A stretch of DNA of 64,000 nt from Candidatus Nomurabacteria bacterium RIFCSPLOWO2_01_FULL_39_18 (GTDB lineage Bacteria > Patescibacteriota > Minisyncoccia > Phycocordibacterales > UBA9973). How positions within the stretch are numbered: the first letter of the stretch is position 1; every line of letters begins with the position of its first letter. Positions 41,157-49,259 of this stretch are shown piece by piece. A model generated the notes under the pieces. It made no database searches, had not been told where the DNA came from, and worked only from the letters and a program-made list of their open reading frames with translations. The stretch is taken from assembly GCA_001787005.1 (NCBI GenBank), contig MFUV01000004.1:911-64910 (forward strand), in the 5' to 3' direction. Made by a program: the position numbers and the translations under genes.

Positions 41157-41564
41157 CTAGTGCCCGGTGTAGAACGTAACGTTCGCGTTGCCGTAACTGT
41201 CGGTTCCAGTCACGCGCACCATGCCGGGTTGGGGTTGATAGTGACCGTAGCCGTTATACCCGTAGCCACTACCCCAGCCTCCGCCGTATCCCCAGCCACC
41301 ATAGATAGCCGGCGGCTTTGGCCAGTTGTTCTTCGTGGCGTCGGCCGTTTCGTTAGCGACTTTCTCCGACCGCTTTGCCTCACGCTCGGCGAGTTCGCGA
41401 CAGGTTTTCTCCTTTCCCGTTGCCGCCATGCAACGGATGAAGGAGTCAACAGTGACGTTCGTCGGGGTCGCCACTTCAGCCAGTTTGGTCGCTGCCTTTT
41501 CTGCCGGTTTCTGCGCCATCGCGACCGCCGCCAACAGAACTGCCAGAACGATGAGTTTCTTCAT
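41157..41564 (-). CDS. Secreted Gly/Tyr-rich hypothetical protein, GC-rich
   Basis: Signal peptide MKKLIVLAVLLAAVAMA; YGGWGYGGGWG tract; upstream TTGACA and TATACT promoter boxes. Confidence 0.65.
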   Translation of the reverse strand: MKKLIVLAVLLAAVAMAQKPAEKAATKLAEVATPTNVTVDSFIRCMAATGKEKTCRELAEREAKRSEKVANETADATKNNWPKPPAIYGGWGYGGGWGSGYGYNGYGHYQPQPGMVRVTGTDSYGNANVTFYTGH

Positions 41565-41713
41565 GGAACTATCCTCGTTTCTGCCCCTTTATGGCGGGGC
41601 AAACCTATTTGAATTTTGAAGAGCTTACTACCTTTACAGTATAGCACATTTGGGGTATATTGTCAAGTAAAAAGCCCTTATAATATAAGGTTCATTTGTG
41701 CTATATTGGTTAA

Positions 41714-43723
41714 GTGCAAATGAAAAAACCATCAAACAAATTACAGGGTATTATATCTATTTCCTCTAAGGGCACGGGGTATGTGGCTATCGGAGAAGAG
41801 AAGAATAAAGGGCAGGATCCAGAAATAGACTTCAAGCACCTGAACACTGCCCTCCATGGCGACATGGTGGAGATAATTCTTCATCCGAAGGGCAGAGAGC
41901 GGCAGACTGCTGAAGTTTCAAAAATAATTTCTAGAGCCAAGATGAGCTTCACTGGAGTTTTGGAGCAAGAGCATAAAATGTTTTTTCTGAAACCGGACGA
42001 TACGAAAATGTACACCGACATTTTAATTCCAGAAAAAATGCTCCATGGAGCAAAAGCTGGTCAGAAAGTTTTCGTCGAAATAATTTCTTGGCAAGACCCC
42101 CGCAAAGCACCGGAGGGCAAGGTGGTAAAAGTTTTGGGCCGCCCTGGAGACAACAACGTAGAAATGCACGCCATAGCGATAGAGAAAGGTTTCGACGCAG
42201 AACTTCCGGATAAAGTAGAACTGGAGGCGAAGAAAATAAAACAGAGTGGCATTGGAGAAAAAGATTATGTAGGGCGCCGCGACTTCAGAGGAGTCCTTAC
42301 CTTCACCATTGACCCCTCTGATGCAAAAGATTTCGACGATGCAATATCATTCCGAGTCCTCTCCTCCTTAAATAAGGAGGGGGTTGGGGGTGGTAATGCA
42401 AAGAATCACCACCCCGCCTATGGCACCCCTCCTCAAAAAGGGGGTGAGGTCTACGAGATAGGCATCCATATCGCCGACGTGTCGCACTATGTGAAGGTAG
42501 GAAGCGAGCTCGACCAAGAGGCGCGGGAGCGCGGAACATCAGTCTACCTAGTGGACAGGACGATACCCATGTTACCGGAAATACTTTCAAATGATCTGTG
42601 CTCTCTGGTCCCCCACAAAGACAGGCTCACCATGAGCGCAGTTTTTGTTATAGATAAAAATGCTAGAGTCGTGAATGAATGGTACGGTCGCACGGTTATA
42701 CATTCTAAAAAAAGATTCACTTACGAAGAAGCAGGAGAATCAATTAAAAAACCGAGTGCGCTATTCCATAAAGAATTATCTATTCTAAATAATCTAGCAA
42801 AGAAATTAACCAAGGAGAGGTTTAGGGAGGGCGCCATATCGCTCGACCAGGAGGAAGTCAAATTCGTACTGAATAAAAACGGCACGCCGCTCAAAGTAAT
42901 CAAAAAGGAGCGAGGCGATTCAAACAGACTGATTGAAGAGTTTATGCTTTTAGCGAATAAAAAAGTGGCTAGGGTCCTCTCGCCAAAAGACAAAAGTAAT
43001 AAAGAGGGGGTATCTATCTATCGCGTGCATGATCTGCCCAGCAAGGAAAAGATGATTGACTTGGCGTTTTTCTTGCGAAGTTTGGGGCATAAGGTGTCTC
43101 TGCGAGAAGGTATAATTCCTACGTATGAAATAAATAAATTATTGGAGAGTTTGGCTGGGAAGAATGAAGCCGATACAGTGCATCGAGCCGTAATCAGGTC
43201 TATGGCAAAGGCAATTTATTCTACGAAAAATATCGGGCACTATGGGCTCGCCTTTGCGTACTACACCCATTTCACTTCTCCGATCAGGCGCTATCCAGAC
43301 ATCATGGTGCATAGATTGCTTGCAAACTTTTTAGCTGGCAAAAAGATAGGTAGGGAAAAATTGCACGAGTATGAAAAAATAGCTAGGATTTCTTCTGAAC
43401 AAGAGAAGCGCGCGACAGACGCGGAAAGAGCTTCGATAAAATATAAACAAGTAGAATACATGTCTCTCCGGAAGGGAGAAAAATTCGAAGGAATCATCAG
43501 TGGGATAACCGAGTGGGGCTTGTATGTGGAAGAAATTGAGACAAAATGCGAGGGGATGGTGCGGGTAAAAGATATGACCGATGACTTTTATGTATTTAAT
43601 GAAAAGAAGCTGGAAATGGTCGGACAAAAAAAGAAAAAGAAGTATCGATTCGGCGATCGAGTTCTAATAAAAGTCAAAGGGGTTGATTTAGAACGAAAAA
43701 CAATAGATTATATTTTAATATAA
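41714..43723 (+). CDS. rnr: Ribonuclease R
   Basis: TIDPSDAKDFDDA, HIADV, HFTSPIRRYPD, C-terminal S1 domain. Confidence 0.95.
   Translation: MQMKKPSNKLQGIISISSKGTGYVAIGEEKNKGQDPEIDFKHLNTALHGDMVEIILHPKGRERQTAEVSKIISRAKMSFTGVLEQEHKMFFLKPDDTKMYTDILIPEKMLHGAKAGQKVFVEIISWQDPRKAPEGKVVKVLGRPGDNNVEMHAIAIEKGFDAELPDKVELEAKKIKQSGIGEKDYVGRRDFRGVLTFTIDPSDAKDFDDAISFRVLSSLNKEGVGGGNAKNHHPAYGTPPQKGGEVYEIGIHIADVSHYVKVGSELDQEARERGTSVYLVDRTIPMLPEILSNDLCSLVPHKDRLTMSAVFVIDKNARVVNEWYGRTVIHSKKRFTYEEAGESIKKPSALFHKELSILNNLAKKLTKERFREGAISLDQEEVKFVLNKNGTPLKVIKKERGDSNRLIEEFMLLANKKVARVLSPKDKSNKEGVSIYRVHDLPSKEKMIDLAFFLRSLGHKVSLREGIIPTYEINKLLESLAGKNEADTVHRAVIRSMAKAIYSTKNIGHYGLAFAYYTHFTSPIRRYPDIMVHRLLANFLAGKKIGREKLHEYEKIARISSEQEKRATDAERASIKYKQVEYMSLRKGEKFEGIISGITEWGLYVEEIETKCEGMVRVKDMTDDFYVFNEKKLEMVGQKKKKKYRFGDRVLIKVKGVDLERKTIDYILI
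42357..42450. repeat. REP-like hairpin pair inserted in frame in rnr
   Basis: CTCCTCCTTAAATAAGGAGGGG...CACCCCTCCTCAAAAAGGGGGTG; encodes LSSLNKEGVGGGNAKNHHPAYGTPPQKGG. Confidence 0.7.
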
Positions 43724-45702
43724 TGGAGGATTTAAAAGGAAAAAACTTTTCAAAAATAAAAGCATTCGGCTGGACGATTGTCTCTGTAACTTTGGGTATA
43801 TCGCTCGCGTCTATTGCTTTGTCATTTTTTGAGAATAATATAGATAAAATTTCAAACGAAGGAGGCAGGGCCTTGGCTGTGGAATCTATAATAAAGAATG
43901 AAAAACCTAAATATTTTTATATTAACCAAAATTCCTACGTAGAACCCAAGGTCTCGGCAAAAGCTTACTTGGTTGGCGATTTAAATACCGGTGAAGTAAT
44001 CTTGGCAAAGAATCAAGACCAGAAACTGCCAATCGCTTCAGTATCGAAGCTAATGACCGCGTATGTGGCAAAAGAAATAGTAAAAGGAGACGAAGAAGCC
44101 AAAGCCAGCCAGAGAGCGCTCTTGACCTATGGGGGTAATGGAGGGTTCCGCGTTGGAGAAAAAATAAAAATATCTGATCTTCTCTATCCCCTGCTTTTGG
44201 AGTCTAGCAATGACGCGGCAGAGATAATCGCGGAATATTTCGAACGGGACAGTTTCATCAGAAAGATGAACCAGGAAGCGGAAAATTTGAATATGTCTTC
44301 GACTTTTTTCGAAGACCCAAGTGGGCTCTCCGAAAACAATCAATCCACCCCGGCAGACTTATTTAAATTCACCGGATTTATAAAACAAGCAACGCCAGAA
44401 CTGCTCCAAATCACCACCAAAAGAAATTATTCCACCAAGAAACACAGCTGGCCAAGCACCAACCAATTTTTGCATGATTCCGGATATATGGGCGGTAAAA
44501 GCGGCTACACCGACCCTGCCCTGCAAACTGTCGTTTCTCTTTTCTCCTTGCCCCTTTCAGAATCAAGCACCAGACCTATCGGGATAGTGCTCCTTCGTAG
44601 TTTGGACCGGCGCAAGGATGTGGAAACTATTCTGAAATATTTGAAAAAAAATGTGTATTACGGAGGAGAGGCGGACGCGAGCACCGACTGGGTGAGAGAG
44701 AAGGTCGGGGCGCCCGACATTCGAGAGCCAGATTATGTGACGATGACTTTCGGGGGTGATATAATGCTCGACCGCGGAGTGAAAAATTCAGTGATAAAAA
44801 ATTTCAACAATGACTACTCTGCGCTCTTTGGCGAGCTAGAGATGCTGAAAGATTCAGACATCGTTTTTGCAAACCTAGAGGGCACAGCATCGGACGTGGG
44901 TACTGACATGCACAATTTATATTCTTTCCATATGGACCCGGCTGTCATCCCCGCTCTTTCTGGCGCGGGAATAAATATCTTATCGGTTGCCAACAATCAT
45001 ATGGGGGACTGGGGACGCGCTTCATATGAAGATACTCTCTCTCGTTTACGGGAAAATGAAATATTCTATACAGGAGGAGGAATAAATAGAGAAGAAGCCG
45101 AACGGCCGACCATTATTGAAAAATACGGAATGAAAATAGGATTCTTGGGGTTCTCGGACGTAGGTCCGAACTTCATGAAAGCGGGTGAAGACCAGGCAGG
45201 ATTACTCCTCGCCAGCAATCCACGCTTCGAAGAAATAATAAAAAATGCTTCTTCAAAGGTGGACTATTTAGTGATTTCATTCCATTTCGGTGAAGAGTAT
45301 CAGGCAAAGCATAATACGCGACAGGAAGAATTAGCGCACAAAGCTGTGGACAACGGAGCGAAACTCATCATCGGAAGTCATCCCCATGTAGTGGAAGACA
45401 CTGAAGTTTATATCCCAAAAGATTGCACTCAAAGTTCGTGCGTAGGCTATATCGCCTATTCACTAGGGAACTTTATCTTCGACCAAACATTTAGATCTGA
45501 CACCATGCAAGGCATGCTCCTCAATGTCAGGCTCAGCAATAATGGACAAATGACGGTGAGAAAAGATACGGTAAAATTAAATTCCGCTTTCCAGCCGAAT
45601 CAGATAATCAAAGGCAAAGAGGAGAAAATAAATTTTCAGGAGCATACGGAGGCGAGCATACGGAGGCGTTGCCTCCGTAGTTTCGTAGTTTGCAAGCCTT
45701 AA
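43723..45702 (+). CDS. Fusion of D-Ala-D-Ala carboxypeptidase (S11) and CapA-family metallophosphoesterase
   Basis: ASVSKLMT, SSN, KSG; then GDIM, NLEG, ANNH, HFGEE, GSHPHV, YSLGNF. Confidence 0.85.
   Translation: MEDLKGKNFSKIKAFGWTIVSVTLGISLASIALSFFENNIDKISNEGGRALAVESIIKNEKPKYFYINQNSYVEPKVSAKAYLVGDLNTGEVILAKNQDQKLPIASVSKLMTAYVAKEIVKGDEEAKASQRALLTYGGNGGFRVGEKIKISDLLYPLLLESSNDAAEIIAEYFERDSFIRKMNQEAENLNMSSTFFEDPSGLSENNQSTPADLFKFTGFIKQATPELLQITTKRNYSTKKHSWPSTNQFLHDSGYMGGKSGYTDPALQTVVSLFSLPLSESSTRPIGIVLLRSLDRRKDVETILKYLKKNVYYGGEADASTDWVREKVGAPDIREPDYVTMTFGGDIMLDRGVKNSVIKNFNNDYSALFGELEMLKDSDIVFANLEGTASDVGTDMHNLYSFHMDPAVIPALSGAGINILSVANNHMGDWGRASYEDTLSRLRENEIFYTGGGINREEAERPTIIEKYGMKIGFLGFSDVGPNFMKAGEDQAGLLLASNPRFEEIIKNASSKVDYLVISFHFGEEYQAKHNTRQEELAHKAVDNGAKLIIGSHPHVVEDTEVYIPKDCTQSSCVGYIAYSLGNFIFDQTFRSDTMQGMLLNVRLSNNGQMTVRKDTVKLNSAFQPNQIIKGKEEKINFQEHTEASIRRRCLRSFVVCKP
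45645..45679. repeat. REP cluster 1 of the RAYT locus
   Basis: TACGGAGGCG half-copy plus TACGGAGGCGTTGCCTCCGTA. Confidence 0.85.
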
Positions 45703-46001
45703 GCGTTTACAGGCAAAGCTACCTCTTCTATATAACTTTCGCAAATTGGAGTAATATGTTCAGAGATCATTGTTGCCCATTCTTCGCTAGAGTATTTTGA
45801 TTGGATCATTTTGAAAAGATCATCAATTTTTTTATCTTCCATCATCTTTGAAGCTTGCTCAGTCTCAGTTGTATTTAATTTTTCCTTTGAAACACCAATG
45901 AGTGTAAGGATAACCACCGCTGAAAAATCCAGATACATTTGATTTATCCCATCTTCGCTCAATCCTCGTTTTTCAAATATTTTTTTAAAAAAATCTTTCA
46001 T
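45699..46001 (-). CDS. Hypothetical protein
   Basis: ORF between REP clusters; start uncertain (46001 or 46061). Confidence 0.55.
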   Translation of the reverse strand: MKDFFKKIFEKRGLSEDGINQMYLDFSAVVILTLIGVSKEKLNTTETEQASKMMEDKKIDDLFKMIQSKYSSEEWATMISEHITPICESYIEEVALPVNA

Positions 46002-46053
46002 AATATTTTTAATATTCAGTCTTTTGATGTAAAATGTTCGACCCTCTCGCGCA

Positions 46054-46713
46054 TTAACCAACTTTTTCTAATTTTTCTTCTCGTTCAAATTTTTCTCTAT
46101 ATGATATCTTTAGTGAAACTAAACGAAGGAACTCTCTTGCTGCTTCCGGATCTTCGTCAAACCTTTCCATCACAGCACTCACGGATCGATCAACAACCGA
46201 TTCATCAAAATTTTCTAACTGGTCCGGTCTGGTCCGGCTAACTTCCTTTCTGGCATCTTTAGTTTCATAATCAGTTCCTTCCTTCTTTACAATCTCCCAT
46301 CTAACACTATTTACAATACCTTTTACTCTTTTCGGTTCTTTCTCGTATCTGTTATTCATTTTTTGAGCCTCTCTACGGTCTTCTTCTTCCCTAATTTCTT
46401 CTTTTTTTTCTGGAGAAACCCCCTTCTTTATGCCAAAACGCATCGCATAATTTGTGCCAACCACAAGAGCCCCTGCTCCAACATAAGCCAGAGATTGTTC
46501 GAAATTTCCTTTTACTGCACTTTCGGCAGACTTTAACAATAAAAGAAAATTTGCCCAGCCGCTAGCTTTCATAATTGCTGTTCCGCCGTACATAAGAGCT
46601 TTGTCCTTAACTCCTTTAAGCCACTTTATATGTCTAGATCTTATCTGCTCGGCAGTTTCAACACTCGCTGTTTGTTCTTTTTTGATTATCGGTTGTGGAG
46701 ACCATTTTTCCAT
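46054..46713 (-). CDS. Hypothetical protein with two hydrophobic segments
   Basis: ORF starting MEKWSPQ with TTGACA and TATTAT boxes upstream. Confidence 0.6.
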   Translation of the reverse strand: MEKWSPQPIIKKEQTASVETAEQIRSRHIKWLKGVKDKALMYGGTAIMKASGWANFLLLLKSAESAVKGNFEQSLAYVGAGALVVGTNYAMRFGIKKGVSPEKKEEIREEEDRREAQKMNNRYEKEPKRVKGIVNSVRWEIVKKEGTDYETKDARKEVSRTRPDQLENFDESVVDRSVSAVMERFDEDPEAAREFLRLVSLKISYREKFEREEKLEKVG

Positions 46714-46784
46714 ACAGCTTATAATACCCCCCCCCACAACCATGTCAATCCAAATGTGGATAACTCAACACCCCTCTGTTGTTT

Positions 46785-46833
46785 TTGCCTCTGTGCGACT
46801 ACGGAGGCGCGACTACGGAGGCGTTGCCTCTGT
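46785..46833. repeat. REP cluster 2, upstream of the RAYT
   Basis: TTGCCTCTGT, TACGGAGGCG, TACGGAGGCGTTGCCTCTGT. Confidence 0.85.
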
Positions 46834-46858
46834 TTATGGTTCGTGCTATATTATGGAC

Positions 46859-47491
46859 ATGGCTTTAAGAAAACAATCTTTCGCTGTGGATGAATATTAT
46901 CATTTATATAATCGTGGTACTGAAAAAAGGAAAATTTTTTTAGAAAAAAGAGATTATGAACATTTTTTGTTTTTAATGTATGTCTGTAATACTACAAAAA
47001 GTATCGAATTGAGAAATATTGGCAAAACTTTTGATCGCGAAGAAACTATAATTGATATTGGTGCATATTGTTTAATGCCTAATCATTTTCATGTCCTTGT
47101 TCGTGAAAAAGTAAAAAATGGAATTTCTAAATATATGCTTAAACTAATGACTGGATATTCGATGTATTTTAATAAAAAATACAAACGAACTGGGAAATTA
47201 TATGAGGGTGTATTTAAATCAATCCATGCGAATAAGGACACATATCTAAAATATCTTTATTCGTATATTCATCTGAATCCAGCAAAATTGATAGATAAAA
47301 ATTGGAAGGAAAATAAACACAGAAACATCAAAAATTTACTAAAATATGTTTTTTCTTATAAATACTCAAGTCTAAAAGAATATATAAGCTTAAAATTTAA
47401 AATCGTAAATCCAATACCATTTCCAACTTATTTCAAAAGACCAAATGGTCATAAAGAAGAACTTTTTGAGTGGCTTAGTTTAGGTGAGTGA
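46859..47491 (+). mobile_element. REP-associated tyrosine transposase (RAYT, Y1 HUH family)
   Basis: YYHLYNRG, YCLMPNHFH (HUH), YIHLNP, YSS; flanked by REP hairpins. Confidence 0.88.
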
Positions 47492-47505
47492 GTTAATACG
47501 GAAAA

Positions 47506-48108
47506 TTACGGAGGCATTGCCTCTGTATATGCCTCTGTATATTTATACCCTGCTTTTTTAAGTAAACTTTCTAGCAACTGAATTGGCAGACCGATGATGC
47601 CATTGTGATTTCCTTCAATTCTTTCCACATATTGTTTCATGAGTTGAATACTAAACCCTCCTGCTCGAGAGAGCATATCACCTTCTCTAATAAGAAATTC
47701 TATAAAATCATCGGAAAATGGTTTAAAGAAAACTTTAGATTTATCAACACCATCATGCCTCTCCCCCGTTTGGGTGTTCACCACCACGACAGCGCATACT
47801 GCCTCTGGAACCAGCCCTCCACTGTATCTTTTCAGAAGTTGTCTGGCTCCCTCCTCTGATTCTGGTTTTTCATAAAGTTTCCCTTCGCACACAACAATAA
47901 CATCAGAAGTAATTATTATCGATGCTTCTTCAACTTTTCCGATGAGAGCATCGGCTTTTCTGTGGGCGAGAACAAGCGGTCTTTCATATAGATCATCTGT
48001 CTTAATATTTTTCTCATCAACATTCGGACTCATAACGTCAAAAACATATCCTGCTTTTTCGAGAAGTTCTTTTCTGTATTTAGAAGATGAACCTAGAATT
48101 AATTTCAT
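47506..48108 (-). CDS. maf: Maf family nucleotide pyrophosphatase
   Basis: LILGSSSKYRKELL, EKP, AGGFSIQ, IIGLP. Confidence 0.9.
   Translation of the reverse strand: MKLILGSSSKYRKELLEKAGYVFDVMSPNVDEKNIKTDDLYERPLVLAHRKADALIGKVEEASIIITSDVIVVCEGKLYEKPESEEGARQLLKRYSGGLVPEAVCAVVVVNTQTGERHDGVDKSKVFFKPFSDDFIEFLIREGDMLSRAGGFSIQLMKQYVERIEGNHNGIIGLPIQLLESLLKKAGYKYTEAYTEAMPP
47507..47539. repeat. REP cluster 3, downstream of the RAYT and forming the 3' end of maf
   Basis: TACGGAGGCATTGCCTCTGTA plus TGCCTCTGTA. Confidence 0.85.
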
Positions 48109-48124
48109 GGAGAATAATTATGGA

Positions 48125-48658
48125 CTAAAAATGTTCAGGATTTTCTAGGTGCATGAGTGCCATCATAATAGCTGCCTTGTTGTATTCAGTTCTGTTCATG
48201 CGACCTTTGGTGAAAACACCTACAAAGCCCTCGTGTTCTCCTATTTTTTCATGATGAGTAAGTCCAGCTACTCGCATTGCTTGACTACCATCCATCCCTC
48301 TCTCGAGAATTTCTTTAAGAACTTTTTTGGGCCACTCAAATGCTGAAGTGGTACCCATATGAATTTGACTGCCATCAAAAATGGCACAAACACCAATTTC
48401 CATATAGCCTGATTTTGTTTGAGGGACTTTCATTAATCCACTTTCAATGCCAAAACCATAATCATGGCCGATATATGCTTGTTTAGCACGATTAACTGCT
48501 CCAGAAACAATTTCTTCGAGATTTTTTGGGTGGCCAAATTCTTCCTTCTTTACATCCACGCCAAGAACTTCTGTATTATCAAACATCGGATAGTCTTTGA
48601 GCAAATCTCTGACTGCGTCAACTTTTGTTTTATTTTTTGAACCTACTCCAACTTTCAT
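48125..48658 (-). CDS. Inosine/xanthosine triphosphatase (YjjX family)
   Basis: VGSKNKTKV, GAVNRA, GIESG, GFVGVFTKG. Confidence 0.85.
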   Translation of the reverse strand: MKVGVGSKNKTKVDAVRDLLKDYPMFDNTEVLGVDVKKEEFGHPKNLEEIVSGAVNRAKQAYIGHDYGFGIESGLMKVPQTKSGYMEIGVCAIFDGSQIHMGTTSAFEWPKKVLKEILERGMDGSQAMRVAGLTHHEKIGEHEGFVGVFTKGRMNRTEYNKAAIMMALMHLENPEHF

Positions 48659-48665
48659 AAAATGA

Positions 48666-49181
48666 TTATAACAAATTAGGGAAAAATTCTTTAACACAAA
48701 AACGAAAAGCGTCTCCGAACAATTCTGGAGTTTCTTTCAAGCCATTTCTCAATTCTTCTTCGGTGAAATATTTATGGCTTTCATCTTCATGGCTCAATAC
48801 TGGCTCTTGGTCTGAGAAAATTTTATACATTACGAAAAAATGATTTTCCTGCCGTCCTATTATGAAACGATTGAATATTTTTCTGCCCACAAATTCAAAC
48901 TTATAATCATCCTCAAAACCAACCTCTTCCTTGGTTTCTCTTCTAAGCGCGTCTACCTCTGCTTCTCCCGCACTGACATGCCCACCAATCGGAGATTGGT
49001 GCTGTCCTGCATCCTGTCTCCCCCTTACTGGTTTTAATAATAGCCATCTTTCTTTAGAATCAATCACTTGGCTAATAACCGTTTTATGCAAAAGCCCTTT
49101 TTCATGCGCTTCTTTTTTTGAAACAATTTCAATAAAGTTCCCATTTTCATCGACGATATCCACTAATTCATCTTGTGACAT
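48666..49181 (-). CDS. NUDIX hydrolase (IDI-like)
   Basis: GGHVSAGEAEVDALRRETKEEVG Nudix box. Confidence 0.88.
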   Translation of the reverse strand: MSQDELVDIVDENGNFIEIVSKKEAHEKGLLHKTVISQVIDSKERWLLLKPVRGRQDAGQHQSPIGGHVSAGEAEVDALRRETKEEVGFEDDYKFEFVGRKIFNRFIIGRQENHFFVMYKIFSDQEPVLSHEDESHKYFTEEELRNGLKETPELFGDAFRFCVKEFFPNLL

Positions 49182-49218
49182 ATGAAATATATTAACATAT
49201 TACTTTTTAATTACCCAA

Positions 49219-49254
49219 TACGTAAGAAATCCGCATATGCGAAAATCTTACACA
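49219..49254. repeat. Orphan 36-bp palindrome type A
   Basis: TACGTAAGAAATCCGCATATGCGAAAATCTTACACA; reverse complement 30/36 identical to 39327-39362. Confidence 0.85.
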
Positions 49255-49259
49255 TCAAT

